From an uncultured Rhodobacterales bacterium (lineage in GTDB: Bacteria; Pseudomonadota; Alphaproteobacteria; Rhodospirillales; Rhodospirillaceae): a DNA stretch of 38,583 bases. The stretch's first letter is position 1. The number at the start of each line of letters is the position of its first letter. The DNA lies in the NCBI GenBank assembly GCA_964521375.1, contig CAZFRK010000001.1:1-38583 (forward strand). The letters run 5' to 3'. Under the pieces are notes generated by a model that ran no database searches, was not told the DNA's origin, and saw only the letters and a list, made by a program, of their open reading frames with translations. Shown here one piece after another: positions 8,996 to 17,744 of the stretch. The position numbers and the translations under genes were made by a program.

Positions 8996-9027
8996 GGTTA
9001 TCATAACGCCGCAGATTTATGATAACC
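8996..9027. promoter_or_regulatory. Perfect 11-bp inverted repeat (operator-like) upstream of ORF 9117
   Basis: GGTTATCATAA-N10-TTATGATAACC. It is immediately preceded by the palindrome GACAGC-CA-GCTGTC (8981..8994). Confidence 0.4.
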
Positions 9028-9116
9028 GAGCACAGCCATACTGCCGAAGGTCATTGCCGCCGACGCTGGCGGCGAGATGTTACGGTAAGTACATGCATGT
9101 TCAGGGAGCCAGTGTC

Positions 9117-9437
9117 ATGAGCCGCACGGACAAGCTGGTCCTCGGGACGGTCAACGCCCCCTGGAAGCGCAGGATCGAGGCGCAAGACCTTGCAGAGGCC
9201 ATCGCCAACAAGGCAGTGCAGTCCAACCTGGTCCATGCGACCACTTTCTTCACCGAAGTGCAGCCGCATCTGATATTGGGCTTTGCTAAGGAACATGGCA
9301 TCGATGAGGAAGTTCTGAAGGACTCCTATCGTATGGTCGTGGCTCGCACCAACGAGCGAAATCCGGACCTTGAGAAGGCGCTTGAGTTTCACTCCGCTGA
9401 CGGGGAGGCCGCTGATGATCCGATGTGTAACCCCTGA
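9117..9437 (+). CDS. Hypothetical protein
   Basis: ATG 9117 with GGGAG 8 nt upstream (track ORF 9054..9437 trimmed). I recognise no motif. Confidence 0.4.
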   Translation: MSRTDKLVLGTVNAPWKRRIEAQDLAEAIANKAVQSNLVHATTFFTEVQPHLILGFAKEHGIDEEVLKDSYRMVVARTNERNPDLEKALEFHSADGEAADDPMCNP

Positions 9438-9657
9438 ACAGCAGATGGCCGCCGTTCGTGCGGTGTGCCGTCGTCGCGGCTTGGCGGGTGACGACCTCGA
9501 TACGCCGTCCAATGACGGGATGCGTCGGACGGTGAAGAAGCGCCTGCTTCTCCGGAAGCTTGAGGAGAGCCAGAGGGTTCAAGGACGCGCTCCCATTTTC
9601 CCGGCAAACTTCTGAACACCTCACCGCTTTTCACGCTTTCGTGCCGGCGGTGTCTTG

Positions 9658-10860
9658 CTACGCGCCCAAGTTGGCCGTCGGCAGATACGGCTCCGCGCCG
9701 AACGGCCGGTTGATCACAACCAGGGCTTCCGTGGCGACGAAGATGCGGTTCCGGGCATACCCCGTCCGCTCCGTCACGATCCCCGCCTCGGCCAACTGCT
9801 CCATGGCGCCGGCCGCCGACTTGAAGCTCACGTCAAGCGCCTCCGCCAGGCGGTTGACCGTCAGCACGGGGTAGTGGGGCAAAAGGCCCAGGGCGCGCAA
9901 AGAGGCGGACCCCTGCCGGAATGGCCGACGGGTCTGCCAGATCTGCGCCAGGTCGGCGAGCGCCGTGCGCGTCGCGAGAAGTTCTGCCACCGTTCCCACC
10001 ACCGCGTCGGCCATAAAGCCGACGATTGGATCCCACTCCAACCGCTGCTGGGCCGCCTTCAGGGCGTCGTGGTAGGCGCCCTTGTGGGCCTCGATGTAGG
10101 GCGAGAGGTAGAGCGGCACGGTGCCCTCCGCCGCCATCATAAGGGGCAGCAGAAGGCGGCCCACGCGGCCGTTGCCGTCGCGGAAGGGGTGGACCGCCTC
10201 GAACATCGCATGGGCCACCGCCATCCAGGTCAGAAGACCCTGGGTCATGACCTGCATCCCGTCGCACTGCATGTAGTCGATGACCTCGCCGAGGCACTTC
10301 GGCACCTGGGCGGGTGGCGGCGGATTGAAGGTGGAGTAGGCGATGCTCGCGCCGCCGCCAATCCAGACGACGCGGTCGCGGAGTCGCCCCGGAGTGTCCT
10401 TGTAGGCGTCGTCGTCCCGCATGACCTGCCGATGCAGGGCGGAGATGAGGTCCTGGGTAAAGACGGCATGCCCCCTGTCTTGGGCGACCGGGATCCACTG
10501 GTCCAACGCCAGGGCATAGTCCCGCACCTGACGCGCCGCCCCCGAGGCGCTGCCGTCCTGTGTCTCCTCGATAGTCAGGAGGTCCTCAAGATCGCATTCA
10601 ATGCCTTCGACCATGCACGATGCCGTCGCTTCCTGCCGGCGGAGGATGCCGTCAAGCGAGTGAGCGCCGGGGAAGTTTGCCTGCAAGGCCTCAGCTTTGC
10701 CGATTGCCCTGTCAGCCGCGCTGATCAAGGCGCTTTTGTCGCCCAGGGGAATGGCTTCTCTCGGCGGAGCCGGAAGCACAACGCCGTAGTGAGCGCCGTA
10801 GGGCGCCGGAAGGCGGCACAAATACCGCTGGACGGCAGCTGGTAACTCCTCGCGGCGCAT
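9658..10860 (-). CDS. Fic-family protein (class II, intramolecular inhibitory helix) with C-terminal winged-helix domain
   Basis: Fic active-site motif HPFRDGNGRVGR. An upstream SCMVEG matches the (S/T)xxxE(G/N) inhibitory motif. The C-terminal LTVNRLAEALDVSFKSAAGAMEQLAEAGIV is wHTH-like. Confidence 0.9.
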   Translation of the reverse strand: MRREELPAAVQRYLCRLPAPYGAHYGVVLPAPPREAIPLGDKSALISAADRAIGKAEALQANFPGAHSLDGILRRQEATASCMVEGIECDLEDLLTIEETQDGSASGAARQVRDYALALDQWIPVAQDRGHAVFTQDLISALHRQVMRDDDAYKDTPGRLRDRVVWIGGGASIAYSTFNPPPPAQVPKCLGEVIDYMQCDGMQVMTQGLLTWMAVAHAMFEAVHPFRDGNGRVGRLLLPLMMAAEGTVPLYLSPYIEAHKGAYHDALKAAQQRLEWDPIVGFMADAVVGTVAELLATRTALADLAQIWQTRRPFRQGSASLRALGLLPHYPVLTVNRLAEALDVSFKSAAGAMEQLAEAGIVTERTGYARNRIFVATEALVVINRPFGAEPYLPTANLGA

Positions 10861-11112
10861 TCAAAGGCTCCAACATGGGGCGTCTTTAGCATCCATATTC
10901 TCGGCTAATCGCACAACCTTAAACAGGATGCAGGTCGTGAAATCTTGGAAGGCTAACGCTTCTCTTGGAATATGTAAGAGCTCTACCGGACAGGCACCAT
11001 CTGGAGTCCCGAGCCGGGAACAGTAAATATCTGTACCCTCCGCGATCTCCTCTGTACCCGCCTTAGCGTCGTTTTTACTTGTTGATTCCCGAGTCCAGTC
11101 GAGGGAGAATCA

Positions 11113-12441
11113 TTGCCAAAACCCTCAGCGGACGCCGGTGAAATGCAGGCAAAGCCCCATCTTTGGCCGGGCCGCCCGAAGCTCCTTCCGGGAGAGAGTC
11201 TCTCTTCTTGGTTTGGGCGAGTGGCCGCCGCCAACGCCTTGACACCCGACGAGCTCTATCGGGTGGTGGTCCCGGGCGCGCACCTGCACAGTCGCGACCT
11301 CGACCGCGAGGCGTGCGAGAGCCTGATGGAAACCATGACATCCAACACCGGCCAGGAGCGGCGCGCGTTGGACGATGCGGTTCTGAGTCGGTGGCTTGGC
11401 ACCCTGTACGGGGAAGATGACGGCCGCTGTAGGCTTCCGTGGCTGCCGCCGATCGGCCGTCATAACCACGCTAAGTCGTTCGGGCAGCAGTACTGTCCGC
11501 AGTGCCTCGTGACCGAAAAGACCCCCTATTTCCGGCTCGAATGGCGGCTGTCCTTCATGACCGCCTGTCCGCGACACCTCACGCTGCTCATCGACCGCTG
11601 CCCGAAGTGCGCCGAGCCCGTCATCCCACTGCGGACACTACGTCACCAGGGCCGCCTCCTCTGCGGCAAATGCCATGGCGATCTCGCTGAGGCCGAGTCG
11701 GTCCCGGTACCCTGGAGCAGCCTGGCGCTGCAGACCCGCCTTCGCCAGGTCGCCGGCGAAGGCTGGGCGGAAGACGGCGATGGGCGCCCCGTGTTCGGCC
11801 TGGCCTATTTCGCATTAGCCCGGGCCATCTTCCGCCTCCTCTGTTCAAGCACAACGGCGCGTGCACTGCGGGCATGGGCGGCGGAGGAGGCCGACCTCGA
11901 CATTCGCGTGGAGCACATTCCCAGGGTGAAGGAGGTGGAGCGACTGACCACGTCCCGGCGCCACGACCTCCTTCAGCTGGCTTGGGTTTACCTTCGGGAC
12001 TGGCCCCATGCGCTCATCGAAGCCTGCCGTAAGAACCACATCCCGCAATGGCACTTGTCGCACCATCGCGAGGCACTTCCCTTCGCCTTTGCGGAAGCCG
12101 TCCTTCCGGCCTTGGCCGCTCCAGTTCGTCGCGTAGATGCTGCAGAACTGGAGGCGGCAAAGGAGTTCCTGGTCCGCCGGGGCTTTGTCCCGACCTACGA
12201 CGCGCTTCAGGGCCTCCTGGGCGTCAAGTTCGAGGCTAACCGGCACGTCGCCGAACCGGCCGACGAGCGAGCGTCCCACGGAACGGGGCGCTACTGGAAA
12301 CTGGATGGCGTCGATCCCGATGTTCGTCGCGCCGTACTGCACGAGGCCCACAAGAACGGAGAGAACGTTTCGGCGTGGGTTGAACGGACTCTTTGCCATG
12401 CCCTGAAAAAAACGAACGTCGTTTTCACGTCTGACGGGTAA
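11113..12441 (+). CDS. tniQ: TniQ/TnsD-family target-selection protein
   Basis: N-terminal TniQ signature WPGRPKLLPGESLSSWFGRVAAANAL. Zinc-ribbon Cys pairs CPQC...CPRH...CPKC...CGKC. TTG 11113 has GAGGGAGA upstream, and ATG 11143 is an alternative start. Confidence 0.85.
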   Translation: MPKPSADAGEMQAKPHLWPGRPKLLPGESLSSWFGRVAAANALTPDELYRVVVPGAHLHSRDLDREACESLMETMTSNTGQERRALDDAVLSRWLGTLYGEDDGRCRLPWLPPIGRHNHAKSFGQQYCPQCLVTEKTPYFRLEWRLSFMTACPRHLTLLIDRCPKCAEPVIPLRTLRHQGRLLCGKCHGDLAEAESVPVPWSSLALQTRLRQVAGEGWAEDGDGRPVFGLAYFALARAIFRLLCSSTTARALRAWAAEEADLDIRVEHIPRVKEVERLTTSRRHDLLQLAWVYLRDWPHALIEACRKNHIPQWHLSHHREALPFAFAEAVLPALAAPVRRVDAAELEAAKEFLVRRGFVPTYDALQGLLGVKFEANRHVAEPADERASHGTGRYWKLDGVDPDVRRAVLHEAHKNGENVSAWVERTLCHALKKTNVVFTSDG

Positions 12442-12477
12442 GACTCAAAGCAGAGCCAACACACGTGGGAGTCGGAC

Positions 12478-13113
12478 ATGCCAGTCCGCAAGGTCCCTCG
12501 CAACTACTGCAACGTCACCGGTCTGACCGCAATTCCCGGGCAGCGTTCCGTGCGGGTGGAATCGACTCTGGAGCGCGACTTCGTCTTGCGCACCATCTTC
12601 CACCCGAAGTTCCGCCACATCGAGGAACAGCCCCTGGTCATTCCGGTCCCGGAGACGGCCGGCAAGTACATCCCGGACTTCCTGGTGACGTGGGAGGGCC
12701 GGCGCGAGCTGATCGAGGTGAAGCCCGCAGCGAAGCTTGTCTCAGACAAGGCGCGCCTCAGGCCCCGCTTTGCCGCCGCGAGAGCCTACTGCCGATCAAG
12801 CGGCCTTTCTTTCCGCGTCGCGACGGAGGCGCACATCCGGGGGCCATACCTGGATAACGCTCGCTTCCTCATGCCCTACAGGCATCGCGAGGTCGATGAT
12901 GACCTGCGGAATCGCCTGCTGGGATCCCTGCAGGGCGGAGGGCCCTGCTCGTTGGAAGAGCTCCTTCAGCGGGCCACCGGGAGCGACCGCCTCGCTGCTC
13001 TGCCTGTCCTATGGCACCTACTCGCCAACTTCCGCGTCCGCGTCGACCTGAACGCCCCCATCGACATGAACAGCATCGCCAAGCCGGCCAGGGGGAAGCC
13101 ATGGGCCGCTTGA
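12478..13113 (+). CDS. tnsA: TnsA-like endonuclease
   Basis: Restriction-endonuclease-like E...D...K arrangement: ESTLERDF, YIPDFLV, LIEVKP. 211 aa, sits directly upstream of tnsB and overlaps it by 13 nt. Confidence 0.8.
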   Translation: MPVRKVPRNYCNVTGLTAIPGQRSVRVESTLERDFVLRTIFHPKFRHIEEQPLVIPVPETAGKYIPDFLVTWEGRRELIEVKPAAKLVSDKARLRPRFAAARAYCRSSGLSFRVATEAHIRGPYLDNARFLMPYRHREVDDDLRNRLLGSLQGGGPCSLEELLQRATGSDRLAALPVLWHLLANFRVRVDLNAPIDMNSIAKPARGKPWAA

Positions 13114-14990
13114 GCTTCCAACCCGGCGCTGTTGTCCGCTACCAAGGACGATCCTGGATCATCCAGCGAGCCGTCAGCGCCACTGAAGTTCTTCTCGAGC
13201 GGCGCTCCGACCGGCACCGGCAGACGGCGCAGGTGAGCGTGCTTCAGCCGAACAGCCCTGTGGCCGAAGAGCCTGCGGTTGTCCACGCGGCGCGCGCGGA
13301 AGCAGAGCTGGATGAAGCCAGGAGGAGGCTCCAAATTATCCAACCTCTCCTTCAGAAGGCACGGGGAAAGACGGCGCGACAGGCCGAGGTCAGTGCCCAG
13401 ACGGGAGTTCCAGAGCGGACCCTGAGGCGCTGGTTACGCGCCTACACAGCGCGTCACCGACTATCTGATCTTGCTCCGCGACGGACCATGCGAGAGATGC
13501 CGACACGCGTTCCCAGGCGCCTGGAGAAGCTGATGGCCAAGGTCATTGAGCAGCACTGCGTCGGTCCGCGCCCCCTCAGCCAGGTAGCTGCCCATCAGAT
13601 CTTACAGCGGGAGTGCCGGAAGCTGCGTATCGACGCACCCTCCATCAACACCTTCCGTGATCGGGTTCACAAGGCGCGCAAGGCCCTCCGCGAGAAGGCG
13701 CCGCCCCTTGAGCATCAACCTGTGAGAGGCCCCTTCCCCGACGCGCCTTTTCCCCTGAGCTGCATCCAGATCGACCACACGCCCGCTGACGTCTCTTTGG
13801 TCCACGAGGAGTCACGGCTCCCCATCGGCCGCCTGTGGATGACCGTGGCCATCGACGTCTACTCGCGCATGATCATGGGCTACTACCTGTCCCTCGACCC
13901 GCCCTGCACCTTCTCCGTGGCCATGTGCATAGCCCAGGCAGCCCTTTCCAAGGAGGCCCATCTCGAGCGCTTCGGCGTCGGCGGGACATGGCCCACCTGG
14001 GGCAAGGGCATCACATGGCACGCGGACAACGCCCAGGAGTTTCGCGGAAACACCATCGCGCGCTTTTGCGAGGAGCATGGGATCCACCTTCTATGGAGGC
14101 CGGCGGGGAAACCGAACTTTGGCGGCCACATTGAGCGTCTGCTCGGGACGTTCGCTGAAGACTTCAAGAAGCTCCCCGGCTCGACTCATCGTCCAGACAA
14201 GAAGGATAAGCACGACCCGGACAAGACTGCTGCGATGACGCCAAGAGACTTCGAACGCCGCCTGTTGGAGTTGATCGTCAACGACTATCACGTGAGAGAG
14301 CACTCGGCTTTGGGCTGCTCACCACTGCAGAAGTGGGAGCAGGGCATCATTGGCCACGGATCGCAAAAGGGGACGGGGCTCCCCGAGCCCGTACAGGATC
14401 CCCTTCGCTTCTGGCGCGATTTCCTTCCGTTTGAAGAGCGGACCGTCCAGCGGGAGGGCATTGTCTGGGACGGCATCACCTACTACGCCGACGCGCTCCG
14501 CCCCTGGATCCGGGCGTCGAAAGGCGGCCAGATGCAGAAGTTCGTCGTCCGTCGCGACCCCCGTGACATAAGCCGGATCCTGTTCCTGGATCCGGAGATC
14601 AACGACTACCTGGAAATTCCGTACCGCGATATCAGCCGCCCCTCGACGTCGATCTGGGACTGGCGGGCTGCAAAGGCCGCCCTGCGCCGTGAAGGACGCG
14701 CGAACATCGACGAAGACGCCATCTTCGAAGCCCAGGAGCGGATGGACGCTCTGGTTGCGCAATCGGTCAGCGAAACCAAGAAAGCACGGCGGCGCGATCA
14801 ACGCCGACGGATAGGCGCACCTCTGCCGGCAGCTATCGAGAAGGCAGCCCAGGACAAAAGTCCGGCCTCTCCTCCTGTCCCGGCCGCCAACCACCCACAA
14901 CGCCTGGCCCTGATCGTCGATAACACGCAGTCAGACGACGAATACGACATTCCCGACGACGTCTACTCAACTCGGCTGGAGGAACTGTGA
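13101..14990 (+). CDS. tnsB: TnsB-type DDE transposase (Mu/rve superfamily)
   Basis: ATG 13101 (MGRLSFQPGAVV...). N-terminal HTH regions, then a DDE core with IQIDHTPADV and WHADNAQEFR, and an acidic C-terminal tail. Confidence 0.9.
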   Translation: MGRLSFQPGAVVRYQGRSWIIQRAVSATEVLLERRSDRHRQTAQVSVLQPNSPVAEEPAVVHAARAEAELDEARRRLQIIQPLLQKARGKTARQAEVSAQTGVPERTLRRWLRAYTARHRLSDLAPRRTMREMPTRVPRRLEKLMAKVIEQHCVGPRPLSQVAAHQILQRECRKLRIDAPSINTFRDRVHKARKALREKAPPLEHQPVRGPFPDAPFPLSCIQIDHTPADVSLVHEESRLPIGRLWMTVAIDVYSRMIMGYYLSLDPPCTFSVAMCIAQAALSKEAHLERFGVGGTWPTWGKGITWHADNAQEFRGNTIARFCEEHGIHLLWRPAGKPNFGGHIERLLGTFAEDFKKLPGSTHRPDKKDKHDPDKTAAMTPRDFERRLLELIVNDYHVREHSALGCSPLQKWEQGIIGHGSQKGTGLPEPVQDPLRFWRDFLPFEERTVQREGIVWDGITYYADALRPWIRASKGGQMQKFVVRRDPRDISRILFLDPEINDYLEIPYRDISRPSTSIWDWRAAKAALRREGRANIDEDAIFEAQERMDALVAQSVSETKKARRRDQRRRIGAPLPAAIEKAAQDKSPASPPVPAANHPQRLALIVDNTQSDDEYDIPDDVYSTRLEEL

Positions 14991-15874
14991 TGCGGCAATT
15001 CGAGCTCTTCCCGCGTTCGGACTACCTCCAGTCGGGCCTTCCTGAAACGGGCGATCGGTCACGGATTTCCCAGCTGTTCCGGACCGGGTGGGTGCCCTAT
15101 CCGGTTGGGCTCAAATGCCTGGACATGCTCGACCAGCTACTCCACCGCCCTCCAAGCCATCGCCCGCCCTGTCTGATCCTTCACGGCGACAGCAACAACG
15201 GCAAGACGACCATCGCGCGGAAGTTCCGTAAGGACAAGAACCTGGACACGGTGGCCACGAGCGACCAGGCCCACATGCCGGTGCTGATGGTCGAGACACC
15301 AAGCAGTGACTTCAACATCTTCCTCAGCCTCGTTTTGCGCGCCCTGAATGCGCCGGATCCAGGTTCCAGTCGGGACCGCCGGCTCCACCAGGTGCTCAAC
15401 CAGCTGCAGGCCACCCGGGTGCGCATGCTGATCATCGACGAGATCCACAACATCCTGTGCGGCAAGACAGATCAGCGGAACGCCTTCATGAACGGGCTGA
15501 AGTTCCTCAGCAACCAGCTGGAGATCCCAATGGTCCTGATCGGCACCATTGAGGCTATGCGCGCCGTGCAAACAGACCCTCAGCTGGGGAATCGTTTCGA
15601 GCCGTGCCAGCTCCCGCGATGGAAGAGCGATGCCAGCTACGCGCAGTTCCTGGGCGCCCTCTGCGCCACCATGGGCCTGCAGGAAGGCGGCAACTGGAGG
15701 TCGCCCCGCCTGACCAGCCGCTTCCACGCGATGACCGAAGGCCTGACCGGCGAAACCTGGAGCTTGATGGCTCGTGCGGCGGAAACGGCTATTCGCCTCG
15801 GAACTGAGGTGATCGACGACGCCACCCTGGACAAGACGCACTGGGTTCTACCGAGTGAGCGCCGGAGGGGCTAG
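14990..15874 (+). CDS. tnsC: TnsC/TniB-type AAA+ ATPase
   Basis: Walker A in LHGDSNNGKTT and Walker B in MLIIDEIHN. The start overlaps the tnsB stop (GTGATG). Confidence 0.88.
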   Translation: MRQFELFPRSDYLQSGLPETGDRSRISQLFRTGWVPYPVGLKCLDMLDQLLHRPPSHRPPCLILHGDSNNGKTTIARKFRKDKNLDTVATSDQAHMPVLMVETPSSDFNIFLSLVLRALNAPDPGSSRDRRLHQVLNQLQATRVRMLIIDEIHNILCGKTDQRNAFMNGLKFLSNQLEIPMVLIGTIEAMRAVQTDPQLGNRFEPCQLPRWKSDASYAQFLGALCATMGLQEGGNWRSPRLTSRFHAMTEGLTGETWSLMARAAETAIRLGTEVIDDATLDKTHWVLPSERRRG

Positions 15875-15911
15875 GAGTGGAATCCAATTCTCTGCTGATC
15901 GCACACGCGCA

Positions 15912-16262
15912 TCATTCTCGAGGGGCCTGGAGGTCTGCGATCGCCTCCAACAACTTCGCTATAGACTTTGCCCCCTCCGGAGTCTCATCCCAGATGCGGC
16001 GCATGCCAGACTGAGCCACCTCCCATTCAGGGGGTGCGTCCTCTGTCGGGGCCTCTAGACGCGGTACGCTTACCCCTAGAACCCTGCAGACCTCCACGAC
16101 ATTGTGGCTGAAGGTCTTGAACCGACCCGTACAAATTCTGGCGACTTGGCTTGGGTGAACGTTCGATATTCGCCCAATCTCGGCCCATGACAGTCCCGAG
16201 CTTGAGCGGGCCTGCGCGATCTTTTCCCCAAGATCGGTTAATTGCTTGCGAGTAGGCTTCAT
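15912..16262 (-). CDS. XRE-family HTH transcriptional regulator
   Basis: MKPTRKQLTDLGEKIAQARSSSGLSWAEIGRISNVHPSQVARICTG is a classic XRE helix-turn-helix. It is divergent from the NADAR gene, and the start (16262 versus an upstream Met) is uncertain. Confidence 0.7.
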   Translation of the reverse strand: MKPTRKQLTDLGEKIAQARSSSGLSWAEIGRISNVHPSQVARICTGRFKTFSHNVVEVCRVLGVSVPRLEAPTEDAPPEWEVAQSGMRRIWDETPEGAKSIAKLLEAIADLQAPRE

Positions 16263-16297
16263 GCAAATTAGCATGCATAGTGACGAGCAAATTTGCA
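16262..16297. promoter_or_regulatory. Operator-like inverted repeats in the XRE/NADAR divergent region
   Basis: TGCAAAT (16262..16268) and ATTTGCA (16291..16297) are inverted. The perfect palindrome GCAAATTTGC (16287..16296) abuts the NADAR Shine-Dalgarno AAGGAGG. Confidence 0.45.
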
Positions 16298-16308
16298 AGG
16301 AGGCTTTG

Positions 16309-16791
16309 ATGGACGAAATTCGCTTCTATCGCGCGAATGAAAAGCCGTACGGCGCGTTCAGCAATCTCTACCGCCGAACGATAGTGTTTGAAGGGGAGGT
16401 GTTCGCAACAAGCGAGCATGCCTACCAAGCAGGCAAGGCGCGAAAACCCGCCGTGCGGAAATGGCTCATGGACGCACCGACCCCGGCGCTACTCGCAATG
16501 GCGGCTCATGGGCTCTACTACTGGGATGTCGCGCCCGGCTGGTCATCAACGAAATTCGACCGAATGAGGGCCGTGCTACGGGCCAAGTTCACGCAACATG
16601 AGGATTTGCGCGAACTGCTTCTCTCTACTGGCAATGCAAAGCTCATAGAGACCGCGACGGTGGATAACGATGTCAACCGCCTCTGGGGGGAAGTTAAAGG
16701 GGTCGGCAAAAATATGCTTGGCGTTCTTCTAATGGAACTCCGCGACGACTTGCGAGAAGACGCAGACAAGGCTTACATTGCCGCGGAATAG
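16309..16791 (+). CDS. NADAR-family protein (YbiA/DUF1768-like; ADP-ribose/N-glycosidic-bond hydrolase family)
   Basis: ATG 16309 is preceded by AAGGAGG at 5 nt. Motifs FYRANEKPYGAFSNLY, FATSEHAYQAGK and LWGEVKGVGKNMLG are typical of the family. Confidence 0.88.
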   Translation: MDEIRFYRANEKPYGAFSNLYRRTIVFEGEVFATSEHAYQAGKARKPAVRKWLMDAPTPALLAMAAHGLYYWDVAPGWSSTKFDRMRAVLRAKFTQHEDLRELLLSTGNAKLIETATVDNDVNRLWGEVKGVGKNMLGVLLMELRDDLREDADKAYIAAE

Positions 16792-17723
16792 CGCTCGCCG
16801 CCTTCCGACAGGAGGCTACGGACGTACTCGGCATCCCGGTGCCGGAATAATCCCCTTGCACCAGCGAACGCGCAGTTCTCTGCCGCCAGCCGTTGCCCTG
16901 CGGTCACCCCCCTTAGCAGACGTGCCGCCTTAAGCGCATGCGAGCTCAGATGGTTGGTCAGCAGCCAGTCTATGACTCCCACGCTGACCATGTCTCCCGA
17001 GCCGCACGTGTCTACGACGGCGGGCGCGCTGAACGATGGACACCAAAACACGTCCGTTGCGTCGCGCAGCTCAAGACCTGCGGCCCCATAGGTGACGATC
17101 CGCACACAATCCGTGACCTCATCGGCTAGGCGCTCGCCCAGCCGGTCGTCGGAATACTTAAGGATCGAGCATAACGAAATCGCTTCTTCGAAAAGATGAT
17201 CGTCCTCAATTTTGGACGGCTCAAAGAAGACAACAGCGCCAGAGGCGCGAGCAATCTTTAAAGCCTCCAATATCCCGTGGGAGAGACGGTCAACATAGAA
17301 GACGCTACAGTTGGTGAGGACGGGCAAGGCCTGAGCTAGCTCCAGCTCACCGATGGGATGATATCGAGGAAAATCCTCGTTTGTCTCCGGACAGACGAAG
17401 CTGAAGCTGTGCAAACCGAGACTTGGGTTGAGGGTCTGCGCGAGCACCGGAGATCGAAGACCCGGCCGACGGTAGATGTACTCCACGACCGCGCCCGCCT
17501 GGATAAACTCGTTGATGAGCCTTTCACCCTCACCGTCGTCACCCAGAGCAAGCACAGGCGCCACGTTTCGGTGCAACATCGCCAACGAGAGCAGCACATT
17601 TCCACACGAGCCGCCAAGGGCTTCGCCAGCCAGTCCGCCATCTGTGTACAAGCGGTCCAGAACCGTAAATCCTGTTCCGGAGACATCGGCCCGCCAGTTG
17701 CGAACGCATTTTGAAATGGACAT
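16773..17723 (-). CDS. PfkB/ribokinase-family sugar or nucleoside kinase
   Basis: N-terminal GG motif LGGSCGNVLLSLAML and C-terminal anion-hole/catalytic motif VVDTCGSGDMVSVG. The 3' end overlaps the convergent NADAR gene by 19 nt. Confidence 0.88.
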   Translation of the reverse strand: MSISKCVRNWRADVSGTGFTVLDRLYTDGGLAGEALGGSCGNVLLSLAMLHRNVAPVLALGDDGEGERLINEFIQAGAVVEYIYRRPGLRSPVLAQTLNPSLGLHSFSFVCPETNEDFPRYHPIGELELAQALPVLTNCSVFYVDRLSHGILEALKIARASGAVVFFEPSKIEDDHLFEEAISLCSILKYSDDRLGERLADEVTDCVRIVTYGAAGLELRDATDVFWCPSFSAPAVVDTCGSGDMVSVGVIDWLLTNHLSSHALKAARLLRGVTAGQRLAAENCAFAGARGLFRHRDAEYVRSLLSEGGERYSAAM

Positions 17724-17744
17724 ATGAGCCGGAAGATCAGTTTG

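Noticed and set aside
9655-10845. 396-aa plus-strand ORF opposite the Fic gene
   Set aside because: The minus strand carries the exact HPFxDGNGRxxR Fic motif. The plus-strand translation is Arg/Gly/His-rich with no motifs.
15912-16791. DarT-NADAR toxin-antitoxin pair
   Set aside because: The only adjacent small ORF is a clear XRE helix-turn-helix protein. No DarT/DUF4433-like ADP-ribosyltransferase ORF is present.
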